Shown: positions 24,982 through 37,757, counted from the stretch's first letter. The stretch: DNA of 64,000 nucleotides from Azolla caroliniana (GCA_043228905.1 JBHGNT010000013.1:7378001-7442000), one strand, 5' to 3'. Numbers and translations: made by a program. The notes: generated from the letters alone by a model not told the origin.

Positions 24982-25200
24982 AAACCGGATGAAGAGTACC
25001 CGGCTACGGAGAGCCGGATGGTGCAGACCCGGTGTGAATCGGATGAAGAGTACCCGGCTATGGAGAGCCGGATGGTGTAGACCCGGTGTGAACCGGATGA
25101 AGAGTACCCGGCTACGGAGAGCCGGATGGTGCAGACCCGGTGTGAACCGGATGAAGAGTACCCGGCTACGGAGAGCCGGATGGTGCAGACCCGGTATGAA
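24982..25200. repeat. 54-bp tandem repeat, 4 units in the C2 5' LTR (3 units in the 3' LTR, ~29818-29980)
   Basis: Unit GAACCGGATGAAGAGTACCCGGCTACGGAGAGCCGGATGGTGCAGACCCGGTGT. Confidence 0.93.
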
Positions 25201-25697
25201 CCAGATGAAGAGACATATTAGTAAATATGTTTCTGATAGTCCATTGCGGCTACATTTGTAAATAGCCGAAAAGTCATATTAGTATAAATATGACTTAGGG
25301 CAAACTTTTAGAAGGAGTTGTTGTCATTCTTGTTGGTGTAAGAATAGAGAGTGTGCGTAACTGTATAGAGAGAGAGAGAGAGAGACAGAGAAAGAGGTCG
25401 TTGCCTCTGTTGTAACCACCGCCTGTGGCGAAGATCTGTGAGCACGAGGTCGGTGCCTCAGTGAACTCAGTGTTGTACATTTCATCATAGTGATAGTTTG
25501 CAGCCTGTGGGCTGCCGTGGTTTTTCCCCTAGTTTGGGGTTTTCCACGTAAACCTCCTGTGTACCTTGTCTCTTCTTTGTGTCGCGTTTTATTTCCCGTT
25601 TTCTGTGTATGAAAGGAAGCTCGGTTGTGGCCGAGCGTTGTGCATAAGGAGCGTTGAGTTCCCGACAAGTGGTATCAGAGCGAAACGACACAGAAAA

Positions 25698-28600
25698 ATG
25701 GACGAATTGTTTGGCGGCATGTTCATGCTCACCGGCTCCAACTATTTGGTATGGAAGTCGAAGATGAGGGACATGCTCGTGGTTAAAGACCTCTGGCTGC
25801 CGGTTCAGTTCGGGGACAAGAGACCGGACAAAATCAACGCCGCGATATGGGAGGTGATGCACATGAAGACAACGGCGTACATACGGTGCTTCATCGACAT
25901 GAGCCTGTACAACAACTTCAATGAAGAGAGCAAGGCTCATGAGTTTTGGGAGAAGATCGACATAATGTTTCAAAACAAAAATGTTGTTAATCAGGTTTCG
26001 GTATTCCGGAAGTTAGCTGGTACCAAGATGGCTCCACCATGGCGGAGCATATGAATGCCTTGCAGGGGCTGATACACCAAGCAACATCATTGGAAGTACC
26101 TCTCGCCGATGAGGTACTAGCATTGCTCCTGCTCGGTTCCCTCCCGGATAGCTGGGAGACGTTGGTTGTCACTTTGGGCAACGTCGGACCGGAAGGAAAA
26201 CGGTTATCCCTAGCAAGAGTAAAGTCGAGCTTGCTAGATGAGGAGGCGCGTCGGAAAGATAAAGATACGAGCTCCGACTCCAAAGTGCTCCTTACCGAAT
26301 CGGAACGCGGAAGACATAGAAACCGTAGTCCCCAGAACCGGGAGAAGTCGGGGACACGGTCAAAGTTAAGGGGGAGGCCCACTTGCTTCTATTGCGGCAA
26401 GCCGGATCACTTCCAAAAGAACTGTCGGCATTTCCGTAAAGACAAGGAAACCGACGGTACCGATTCGAAGCGGACCCCGGGCCGGAACGGTAAAGACCGG
26501 AAGGGGACAGACCGGAAGGGAACGACGACAATCACGGCAAGTGAAGAAGAGTTGATGCTCATCACCGAGGAGAGTGAGATAAACCTTGCCGGCGACGAGA
26601 TGACCTGGGTGGTAGACTCCGAAGCATCGTTCCACCTTACCCCGGACTGGAAATGCTTCTCATCGTACTCAGCCGATGACCACAGCTATGTCCGGATGGG
26701 AAATGAAGGTACATGCCGAATTGTCGACATAGGAGATGTGTGGCTGTCAACACCAACCGGATGCAAGTTGCTGCTGAAGGATGTCCGACACGTTCCGGAG
26801 GTTCGTCTGAACCTGATATCAGCCGGTCGGCTAGATGATGAAGGCTACACGGGTAGCATCTGGAACGGTGTCATGAAGTTCAGCAAAGGGAGCCTGATTG
26901 TGGCTCGGGCCCGGGTCAACACATTGTACCTGATGAATACCCGGTTATGCCTGAAAGAAGTGAACGTGGGATCCGACACTGCCGGTGAGCTGTGGCACAA
27001 GAGACTGTGTCATATGAGCGAGAAGGGGATGAAGAGGCTTGCAGAAGACACCCTCATTCCAGTGAAGAACGTGCACCTGGAGAAGTGCACTGACTGTCTG
27101 GCCGGTAAATAAAACTGGAGCTCCTTCCGACCAAGGCCACAGATGAGACGTAATGCACCACTAGAGTTGGTGCATACGGATGTGTGTCAAGTAGACATGA
27201 AGTCACATGCCAGAGCGCAATACTTCGTGACGTTTATAGATGACCACAGCCGGAAGCTGTGGGCCACACCGTTGAAGACGAAGGATCAGGTGCTATCCGT
27301 CTTCAAAGAGCTCCACGCGAGAGTGGAAAGAGAAACCGGCTAGAAGCTGAAGGCGGTTCGAGCAGACAACGGAGGAGAATACCGGGGGCAGTTCGAGGAG
27401 TACTGCTGCTCGAAGGGAATCCGGCTCGAATTTATTGTGCCGAAGACGCCGGAACTAAACGGACTGGCCGAGAGGATGAACCAGACCATAATGGAGAGGG
27501 TCCGGAGTATGCTAGCGCATGCAAAACTACCCAAGAAGTTTTGGGCTGAGGCACTGTCGACGGCGACATACGTGATAAATAGATCACCCTCAGTACCCCT
27601 GGACGGAGACACGCCACAGAGAGTATGGACCGGTAAGGAAGTGTCCTACCGGCATCTAAAGGTGTTCGAGTGTCTCACGTACGTGCATGTAGCAAAGGAC
27701 CGGAGAGGAAAGTTAGATCCAAAGACCCGGCCATGCATATTCCTCGGTTACGGTGACGATGAGTTCGGCTACCGAGTGTGGGACCCGGTCGACAAGAAGG
27801 TATTCGAGAGTCGAGATATTATCTTCATGGAGAACAAGACGCTCGCCGACTGGGAGTCGGAGAAGAAGATAATGAACTCCGAGTGGACCAGTAAGGATCG
27901 ACTCTACGATGAGCAGACCCAACCGGCAAGAGACTGGTTAGCACTCGAAGAACCAGCCGGTTATGGTGAGGATATCGAACAGGCTGAAGAAGAAGTAGAG
28001 GAAGCTGAAACCGGAACCAGCCAAGACCCCGAATCGGATTCGGATGAAGAGCAGATGGATGAGCCGGTCACCGAAGCCCAAAGACGTAGATATCCTCTCA
28101 GAGAGAGAAGGCCCCCCCAGAGATTTCCGGATGCAGAGCATGTTCTGCTGACCGATGAGGGGGAGCCGGAAAGCTTCGAAGAAGCAAAGGATAACACCCA
28201 CAGCCAAAAATGGTTAAGTGTCATGCAGGACGAGATGGATTCCCTGCATGAGAACCAGACGTACGAATTAGTGGAGTTGCCGAAAGGAAAGCGGGCACTT
28301 CGAAACAAGTGGGTCTACAAGTTGAAACCGGGAGATGCCGGGAACCCCCCAAGATACAAAGCTAGGATCGTGGGGAAGGGGTTCCAGCAGAAGAAGGGTG
28401 TGTACTTCGACGAGATATTTGCCCCGGTAGTAAAGATGACCTCCATCCGGACGGTGCTGAGTATAGCGGCAAGCATGGACCTTGAGGTAGAGCAGCTGGA
28501 CGTGAAGACGACATTCCTTCACGGCGACCTCGAAGAGGAGATCTACATGTAGCAACCAGAAGGATTTGTGGAGAAAGGGAAGGAGCACCTGGTTTGCCGG

Positions 28601-29735
28601 CTGAAGAAGAGCGTCTACGGGTTGAAGCAGGCCCCCCCGGCAATGGTACCAGAAGTTCGACTCCTTCATGACCGATCAAGGGTACCACAAGACATAGGCC
28701 GATCACTGTGTGTTTGTGAAGAAGTTCAAAGGAGGCGACTTCCTAATACTCCTCCTGTATGTGGATGACATGTTGATCGTCGGACGGGACCAAGTCAAAA
28801 TACGGATGCTGAAGAAGGCTCTCAACCGGACCTTCTCAATGAAAGACTTGGGTCTAGCAAGACAGATGTTGGGGATGCACATCATTCGGGACCGGTCAGT
28901 GAAGCAATTATGGCTATCACAGGAGAAGTACGGGACAAAGGTGCTTCACCGGTTCAACATGTCAGAAGCAAAACCGGTCGGATCGACACTCCCGGCAAAC
29001 TGCAGGCTATCCGGTAAGCAGAGCCCGAAGACGAAAGCAGAGAAGGCGGATATGATGAAGATTCCATATGCCTCTGCCGTCGGGAGCTTGATGTACGCAA
29101 TGGTGTGTACCCGACCGGATATAGGATACGCAGTTGGAGTGGTGAGCCGGTTCATGAGCAATCCCGGCAAGGAGCACTGGATCGCGGTCAAATGGATACT
29201 CCGGTATTTGAAGGGCACTTCAAATATGTGTCTCCGATTCGGCTCCGGAAAACCTCAACTGGACGGTTTCACCGATTCAGACATGTCGGTTGATGTGGAT
29301 ACCAGCCGGTCTACATCCGGGTATGTAATGACATATGCAGGGGGAGCTGTTTCGTGGCAGTCGAGGCTGCAGAAGACGGTTGCATTGTCAACCACGGAGG
29401 CGGAGTACATGGCAGTTGTGGAAACCGGCAAGGAAATATTGTGGATGAAGAACTTCATCGGAGAGCTCGGTATCCGGCAAGATGAATACCGACTCTATTG
29501 CGACAGTCAAAGTGCCATCCACCTTGCTAAGAATGCGGCCTACCATTTCCGGACGAAGCATATCCAGCGGAGATATCACTAGATCTGGGAAAGAGTAGAT
29601 GACCAGGAGTTCGCGCTGACAAAAATCCACACGACCGAGAACGGGTCAGATATGTTGACCAAAGTGCTGACACCCGACAAGCTGAACGCATGCCAGAAGA
29701 GGATCGAGCTGGTAAGTCACCCCATGCCGGAGTGA
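25698..29735 (+). pseudogene. C2 gag-pol with stops and frameshifts
   Basis: ORF pieces 26039-27112, 27437-28552 and 28710-29582 closely match the C1 polyprotein. Confidence 0.94.
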
Positions 29736-30442
29736 AGGGGGAGTTTGTTGGGAGACAGGTCCCTCTGGATGGGAAGGGAGAAGAACAGTGTCGACGAACA
29801 ATCTCGGCCGAGGCCGAAACCGGATGAAGAGTACCCGGCTACGGAGAGCCGGATGGTGCAGACCCGGTGTGAATCGGATGAAGAGTACCCAGCTACGGAG
29901 AGCCGGATGGTGCAGACCCGGTGTGAACCGGATGAAGAGTACCCGGCTACGGAGAGCCGGATGGTGCAGACCCGGTATGAACCGGATGAAGAGACATATT
30001 AGTAAATATGTTTCTGATAGTCCATTGCGGCTACATTTGTAAATAGCCGAAAAGTCATATTAGTATAAATATGACTTATGGCAAACTTTTAGAAGGAGTT
30101 GTTGTCATTCTTGTTGGTGTAAGAATAGAGAGTGTGCGTAACTGTACAGAGAGAGAGAGAGAGAGAAAGAGTTCGTTGCCTCTGTTGTAACCGCCGCCTG
30201 TGGTGAAGATCTGTGAGCACGAGGTCGGTGCCTCAGTGAACTCAGTGTTGTACATTTCATCATAGTGATAGTTTGCAGCCTGTGGGCTGCCGTGGTTTTT
30301 CCCCTAGTTTGGGGTTTTCCACGTAAACCTCCTGTGTACCTTGTCTCTTCTTTGTGTCGTGTTTTATTTCCCGTTTTCTGTGTATGAAAGGAAGCTCGGT
30401 TGTGGCCGAGTGTTGTGCATAAGGAGCGTTGAGTTCCCGACA

Positions 30443-32145
30443 AGACAACGGCCGATCATTACAGCCCAATCGCAGCATGGGAAAGGCATACTCACGGCGG
30501 AAAGCGAAGTCCTAATGTACCTGGACATCCCGGATATAGCCCATGAGTTCGGTGCACTACTACAATTCGGAACAACTTACGAAGTCATGGAATTTTTGGC
30601 AATGCAGCAAATTAAGGTATCACAGAGAATGGCGGAGGAGCACGAAGACCAACAAATGATTGAGCGTGCGCTCACACGCACGGTAGAAAGTGAGGATGAA
30701 GGGCCTCAGCAGGCAATGGAATGCGAGGATTCGGCCTATGGGCATTAAATTACCTCCATTGAATGCGGCCATGGTCGAGGTACATCGGGAATTGGCTAGA
30801 GTGAATGTGGGGGCCAAGGATAGGCTAGCAAGAATAAAAACATATGGAAAACAATCAAGTTGACTCAAGCCCAATTACAGAAGGCCCAAGAGCGCATTAC
30901 GGAGCTCGAACACAACGTCACTAGGGCACCGCAAAATCCCAAACTAGCAGCGGGTGAGGACCCCTCGATAACCCTACAAGAGGAGATTGCCACACAACAG
31001 GCCATCGCTGCTAAAGCAAAAAGGGCTACGCAGTTTGCGGAGTCCGAGATTGACCACCTCCGCTCCGAACTCTACCAATCCTCCGACAAAGAAAAGGACA
31101 TCCGGGCCAAAGGGCGAAAGGTAGTGAAGGTACTCGAAGAGAAACTTGAAGCGGAGGCAGCAATACACACCCGCACGAAAGAAGAAAACACCAAACTACG
31201 GGAGGAAGCTCAAAAGTCGGAAACGGCGATCCCAGGACTCCAAGCGTTATTGGAAAAGAAGAAAGCGTGGTACGTGAGCAGCTCATATGAGAACAGGAGG
31301 TGAGGCATTGGGCCAAAGTCCGCCTGAACAATGAAATGGGCTGGTTGGAGGAATTACACTCGAAAGAATCTCAGATATAGGCAGGGATGAAGAACCATTA
31401 TGAGGAAGCGGCTGCAGTTAATAAGCAAGAAATCAAAAACCTCAAAAAAGCCCTGGAAGAAGCGCAAAACCACTACCAAGTAATAACCGACAATGTGCAC
31501 ATACTTCTTCAAACAAATCCGGAGAGGTTTACGACGCAATTACAAGCGGTGCTAGACAAAGGCTGGATGGAGTGGGCAACACAAGTGGCGGAGTTGCATA
31601 CCCACAGGGCGGACTGAGAGAACCGTAGGAAAGAAGGCCGAGGTTTCTACAAACTCAATGAGTAAGGCATTGCAGCAGTACGCGAGGACCTAGCACAGGA
31701 TTATCGCACGCTAGCGGACCATCACTTCAAGGAACTCGTGCAGCTACTGGACGATTTCGGCGAAAGTCAGGAGGATATGTTTCACCGAATCATGGAAGCA
31801 GGCAGCATGAGGCAAAGAGCGGAGCCCATCGCGATACCAGATAGTGATACTGCCGAATAGGAGGAACCTCAGCCCAATTCACCAGAGATGACAACTACGG
31901 CCGACAACTCTGAGGAAGTTACGCATAGGAAGAGCCTCAACCTACTGAGAGCCTGCAGACGGAATGAGCCAGTAGAGCCGGGTTTGCCCACGAATGGAGA
32001 AGTTGATGCCATGGAAACCCCCACGATGACCAAGCAAGTAAAAGACATGCAACCAAGCAACAAGATGCCTACGGGCACTACGCCATCCCCGGACCAGTAT
32101 GTAGGAGCAGAACCAAACTTCTGGGATATTTTGGAGGAAGAATAG
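30443..32145 (+). pseudogene. Coiled-coil and acidic C-terminal part of the D extra ORF
   Basis: E/K/Q/A-rich helical pieces ending in DILEEE-stop, as in E. Confidence 0.7.
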
Positions 32146-32149
32146 AGGG

Positions 32150-32190
32150 ATGGGTCTGACGTGCCATGGCACTGACCCATAGGCGTGCCA
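32150..32190 (+). other. tRNA-3'-end-like structure at the PPT position of D
   Basis: ATGGGTCTGA-CGTGCCATGGCACTG-ACCCAT-AGGCGTGCCA, then 2 nt, then the LTR TG. Confidence 0.75.
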
Positions 32191-32664
32191 ACTGTTGTCC
32201 GCTGGAATCGTAACCCACGGACATCAACGCAAAAATATTATAATATAGTAAAGCATTAAGAAACGAATGTAACGGTTCATGCGGGAAGCGTGAACGGCTA
32301 AAAGCCCTATGTATATAAAGGGCAGAAATCCTCTGTAAGAGGTAGCGTGTAATTTTGAGTTGAGGACATTTTTCTAATAGAATCCTATCTTCTCCGATCT
32401 CTGTGCATATTTGTGTCTATCTGCGTGATAGTCCATTGTTACTCTACTAAGTATTGTTTAAATTGTAACTGTGTGTAAGCATAAGTGCATATACTAGTGC
32501 ACTTCATAAGGACCTCGGTTGTAGCCGTCTCCCTTATACACTACCAGGATAGTAGGTGGTATCCCATTACTCTTTATGTGAAGACGGTTCCATTCCTTGT
32601 ACCATGGTCACCTTGAGGTCTACCTCGAAGGTCTAAGCGTAGACAGTGTTCCTAATCGGTAACA

Positions 32665-33575
32665 AAGTGGTCCTGTCTTTCATGAAGACTATGGTCCCGA
32701 CTCTGGAACGCCTTCTTGTCGACTAGATCCCACACCCGATAGTTGAACTGATCATCGTTGTATCCAAGGAATATGCATGGCTTGGACTTCGGATCCAGCT
32801 TTGTTCTCTTGTCCTTTGTAAGATGCACATATGCGAGACACTCGAACACCTTCAGATGCTAGTAAGATACATCTTTACCGGTCCATACTTTCTGAGGTGA
32901 GTCTGCTTCCAAGGGTGCTAAGGGTGATCTATTTATCACATAGGCCACCGTCGTCAGCGCCTCAACCCAAAACGTCTTGGGTAACTTTGCATGTGCTAGC
33001 ATGCTCCGCACTCTCTCCATTATGGTCCATTTCATCCTTTCGGCCAACCCGTTTAGTTCCGGCATCTTCGATACAGTAAACTCGAGTCAGATTCCCTTTG
33101 ACCAGCAGTACTCCTCGAATTGCCCCCGGTATTCTCCTTTGTTATCTGCTTGAACCGCCTTCAGCATCCAACTGGTTTCTCTTTCCACTCTCACGTGGAG
33201 CTCCTTGAAGACAGATAACACCTGATACTTTGTCTTCAATGGTGAGACCCACAACTTCCAACTGTGGTCATCTATGAACGTCATGAAGTACTGCGATCTG
33301 GCATGTGACTTCGTGTCCACTTGACACACATCGGTATGCACCAGCTCCAATGGTGTATTCCGTCTTATCGATGGTCTTGACCAGAAGGAGGTGTGGTTTT
33401 GATTGTCGGCCAAGCAATCGGTGCACTTCTCAAGTTGCATGTCCTTCACCAAAATGAGGTTGTCTTCGGCAAGCCTCTTCATCCCCTTCTCACTCATGTG
33501 ACACAGTCGTTTGTGCCACAGCTCACCGACAATGTCGGATGCTACGTTCACTTCTTCCCAGCATATCCGGGCATC
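32665..33575 (-). pseudogene. C0 integrase fragment
   Basis: LWHKRLCH, VHTDVC, PELNGLAER and KLDPK motifs. Confidence 0.92.
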
Positions 33576-35798
33576 TCAATGGACATTTGTCCAGGAGGAT
33601 TCCCTTGAGTTCCTTCCGCTTGAGCGGATGACATCGGGTCATTATTTTGAGCCATTAAATGATTATTTCTGGAAAAGAAATAGGATAAGGTCAGAGAGAT
33701 AGCCATAACATCATGTTGTGATGTAAACATATCATGGGCAAACATTAATCGATATCATGATCTCACGTCAATACCCCTCTAGACGTATGAGATGAGGTTC
33801 AAGATGAGGTTACTATGGTAACGCAAAGGTGTTTTAAAAACCATGGGGGTGACAATTTAATGTCTTTCCCTGATCTCTATATCGATTTTTTCATGGCGGC
33901 TTCCCGAGGCCCAACCATGTATGTTCGCGTCATGAATCGTTTATACACGAAAAAAAATGTTAACAATAAACTATGTTTCGGTGCCCACATATGTGGTTTC
34001 GACTCTTTAAGTCCTATTACGAGGACCCCGAACTGCACTTAGACCACATGTGTTATAATCATATGTATCAATGATGTTGTATGGTCTTGGTCATATTTGA
34101 ACTCGAGACCTCGAGAACAAATGCATTAAACATTTGAGCCAACCAAGTAAGTTGCTCTTCTTGAATATTTAATGTTTGATGCGTATAAGAGATATGCGAG
34201 GCATTTGCCCATATATGTTTTTTTAAAAGAAACATATATCTCAAGAGTCCTTATTTCGCCCTCATTTACTACAACTATATTGGTACGTTACCTAACCTCA
34301 AGTCTCGTAATTACGATGGCATACGCCAAAGTGCAACCTAATGGTCAAGCCAAATGAGCCCTCTTTTCATAGTAGGCCCACGTGGCCCATCACATGGTCA
34401 CATCATTACGAATGCCTCTCGTAAGAATGATCTCATGGTGGCATCATATCCATGTAATGAGGGAGGGAAGTTGGATACGTGTGTCATAAAGGAGACCTCA
34501 CATGAAGTGGGTCAAACCCTACGTACTCAACATCATTATGGCTATTGGCGTTTCTTTACATAACGAAATATCGAAGTCACCAACGGGGATTTCAAAAATA
34601 AAAAATTGTTGAAAAAAGGGATGGTGACAACACGATTCTCACAAAAATGTGAGGACGGCCACCAAGAACCTTTCCCCGAAAAGGAAAACATTCGATTTAA
34701 AATCATGTAATAACTTATATACACATATGTATATTATCCCATATATACGATCAACTACGTATACACGTGACCACATATGCCTATATTAAAGAAATCGTTA
34801 TATTTAATAGCCAAAAATGACGTAATCGAGATATGTAATCGAGGCATATACCTCTACGCACACGAGACATCCAAAAATAAGGGTTCAATGTAATACGCAA
34901 TTGAGGTATTGACCTCTTACGCATACAAGACCAAACACATATCATTTACAACAAAATTGAGGTGTTGACCTCATACGCAAACATAACATATGTTCGTAAA
35001 CGTAATACGTAATTGAGGTATTAACCTCGTACGCATACGACACTCATCACATATTATTTATATGCCAAACGAGGTATTGACCTCGTGCACATATGTAAGC
35101 GTTTTAGATAACCAATTAAATACCACTATAACATCATTTAATTAATGAAAATAATATACATATTAACCATACACATGATTAGATGGGAGAAGAAAAAATA
35201 AACAAAAAATAACAAGAAAGATTACCGAAGCTCCTTGTTGATCCTTGTTTGCATGAAGGCCAACCGCACAACGATCGATCGCCATCCATCGAGAAGATAA
35301 GACCAACAAAAGAAACATTAGTACGTAGGCTCGGATACCAAATATTAGAGACATGTACTAAAGTAAGCATTATATAAGGATAGATCTAGGTAGATAGAAA
35401 GAAAGGAGAGAGAGAAAGAAGGGTGCCGATCCACCCGACCACCCCCGAGCGAAGGGATCGAGACGGACTCAAGCCTCGATTGGCGTCCCATACCACCGTT
35501 GTGGCGTCGAGTCGTACCTAGTGCTGGCGCGCTTGCTACAAGAGTTGACCCACCACAAGACAGAGTCTCGACGTAGTCAACATGATAATGAAATGAGGGT
35601 AGCGAGGCTTCTATTTATAGCGATACCCAAGGCCCCCAGCCATGTTCATACTTGGCCTAATGGGTTGTCTAAATCCCGAGGATTTAAAATTAATCCTCCC
35701 CTTCTTTACACTCTCGTTTAACCCTCACACTTATCCACGTGTATAGAATACTATGGTAAATTCTCACCACGGGATATTATACGGTCATGCCCATAACA
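33576..35798 (-). mobile_element. Truncated LTR element I (5' LTR, PBS and long AT-rich leader) inserted in C0 gag
   Basis: LTR 35798-35343 begins TGTTATG and contains CTATAAATAG. PBS TGGTATCCGAGC at 35340-35329. The left end is fused to the C0 pre-integrase region, with C0 gag-PR missing. Confidence 0.72.
34835..35092. repeat. Array of 5 palindromic motifs GAGGT-N3-ACCTC at ~56-bp spacing
   Basis: Cores at 34841, 34903, 34959, 35015 and 35071. Confidence 0.8.
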
Positions 35799-36431
35799 AT
35801 ATCCCTCATCTTCCGCACTTAGTTGGAGCCGGTGAGCTTGAACATGCCGCCGAAGGATTCTTCCATTTCCTGTGTTGTTCGCTCTGATACCAGTTTGAGA
35901 AGAATAGCGGAATATTGCTCAGCCACCACCCGAGTCTTCTATCAATTTAATGATAATCAAACACAGAAATGGGAAGTAGGGAGTGAATGCACGTACACAC
36001 ACTAACAATAGAGAGTACACAAGATGTTTACATGGAAAAACCTAATAGGGAAAAACCACGGGAGCCCACAGACTCCAAACTATCAATATATAAGAAAGGT
36101 ACAAATAGAGACTCGGAGGCAACGACCTTGAGCTCTGTATCTTTGCCAAGCAGCGATTACAACAGAGTATAGCCCTGTATATCTCACATACTCTCTGTCT
36201 CTGTTGCTCTCTATACAATAGTTACCACAATATGACAACTCACAATTCACTCTCTATGCAAAGTGATTGCCCTAAGTCATATTTATACTTCTATGAACTT
36301 AGGGCTATTTACAGATATAGCCTCAATAGGCTTACTCAAAACATATTTACAAATATGTCCTCTCTTCCGGTTCTCACCGGGTCCTCTTCATTCATCACCA
36401 GATCCCATCCGGAGGGACCGATTTCCCAATA

Positions 36432-37205
36432 GTCCGGTATTAAGAACTGGTGCATGTCAGTGAGCCATTGGTCTTCTCCGGCCAACATCTCATGTACCGC
36501 CATTTCCACAGTCACCTTGATTAGCTCGGCATCCGGGAATTTATCCCAGACTCCATCCCCTGCTTCTCCGGATTCTAGCTAGCTCAAGTAATTTGCCACC
36601 ACGCGCTAGACTCCCGATCGGTGGTATATCTCGAATTCAAACTCTTGCAGTAGTAATGTCCACCTCGCTAACTTACCGGTTAATGACACCTTGGATACCA
36701 AATAGATTAGTGCCGAGTGGCCAACATGGAATGAAAACTTGCGTCCTAACAGGTACTGGTGGTACTTTGAGACACTATAGACCATTCCCAGAGTTTCTCT
36801 CTCTGTTGTGGAATAATTTTTGTTCAGCTTTTGAGAGTTTCTGGCTTGTGTAATATACTGAACGGTACCACTTTGGTTTGGTAAGCTTCATGAGGATGCT
36901 CCCAATTGCTATATTTGACGCATCAATGAACACATGAAAATCTTTTGTCCAATCAGGTGGTTGTACTACCGGAGCTTGGGACAACATCACTTTCAATGCT
37001 TTATACGCCTTCTCCTCTTGCTCCATCCATTGAAAGGGTACGTGGTGCACGGCTGCACGCAATGGAGTTGCGAAGTCTGCTAAGTATCGAAGCATCCGGT
37101 TGTGCCACTGGATCTAGCCTAAGAACCGGCTCAATGCGTTGGCGTTGGTCGGCACTGGTGCTTGTAGGGTGGTTTTCACCTTGTCTAGGTCTACCGCAAT
37201 TCCGT
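36432..37205 (-). pseudogene. G RT C-terminus and RNase H
   Basis: GIAVD, FHVFIDAS and YYTSQKLSKAE match E pol. Confidence 0.88.
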
Positions 37206-37745
37206 TGTCGTGGAGAAAACCGTCCCTAGGCAGAAACCAGGTATAATGTGCTGTGCGTAAACTGTCCCTTACACGTGGGCACAAGTTTTGTTGTATAGTA
37301 TGTAGATAGGTACAAGTTGTCATGATATGGCAAGACTCGAACCCATGACCTTATGCTACATGGGTCGAGCTCTTACTATTAGACTATAAATTGTAATTTG
37401 TAGGATATTATTTTCATTTATGCTTTATCATAGAAAATTGATGTATATTCCAGATCTCTCTGGAACATTCTAGAAGCTTCAGGATTATTCCTAAAAACAC
37501 TATAAAAGGAGGCACAAGGCATTGTTTTGAACCAAATTGGTTCAACACCAGTCTTAAGCCTCTTAGCCGATTTGTACTTATCTTTTTCATATAATATAAG
37601 AGCTGTTGTCATCATCCTATCTCTCTCTCTCCTCTTCTCACTTCCTCTCTCTCGGGAATCTTACGCAGTCCCGTCCTCTTAGTACTAATAGTACTACTCT
37701 TCTTAGTACTAATTCCATCTCTGCTTTAGTACTATTCCTGACAAT

Positions 37746-37757
37746 TTGAACCAATTT
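37746..37757 (+). other. Self-priming PBS of T
   Basis: TTGAACCAATTT is the exact complement of LTR 37534-37545, 33 nt after the TATAAAA at 37501. No TGG tRNA-type PBS is present. Confidence 0.8.

Larger units (their letters stand above)
24911..30442 (+). mobile_element. Full-length Ty1/Copia element C2, pseudogenised
   Basis: LTRs 24911-25667 and 29746-30442; PBS 25670-25681; PPT GAAGGGGGAG; TSD is irregular. Confidence 0.95.
10428..32664 (+). mobile_element. Ty3/Gypsy element D (non-chromovirus with extra 3' ORF), degenerate, integrase deleted
   Basis: LTRs 10428-10896 and 32193-32664; TSD AAGTC/AAGTG; gag 10910-12391, PR ~18055, RT 18783-19090 and 23078-23900, extra ORF 24234-24910 and 30443-32145. 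Confidence 0.9.
7111..36431 (-). mobile_element. Ty1/Copia element C0 (Tnt1/Tork-like), degenerate, hosting nested insertions
   Basis: 3' LTR 7111-7698, 5' LTR 35896-36431, PBS TGGTATCAGAGC at 35892-35881, PPT next to 7699, TSD GTCCG at 7106-7110 and 36432-36436. Confidence 0.92.

Noticed and set aside
24803-25261. Repeat-protein ORF (MKSTRLRRAGWCRPGVNR)n
   Set aside because: It is the translation of the 54-bp U3 tandem repeat in the C2 LTR.
34835-35092. CRISPR-like repeat-spacer appearance
   Set aside because: The repeats are degenerate, alternate spacers resemble each other, there are no cas genes, and the context is a eukaryotic retroelement.
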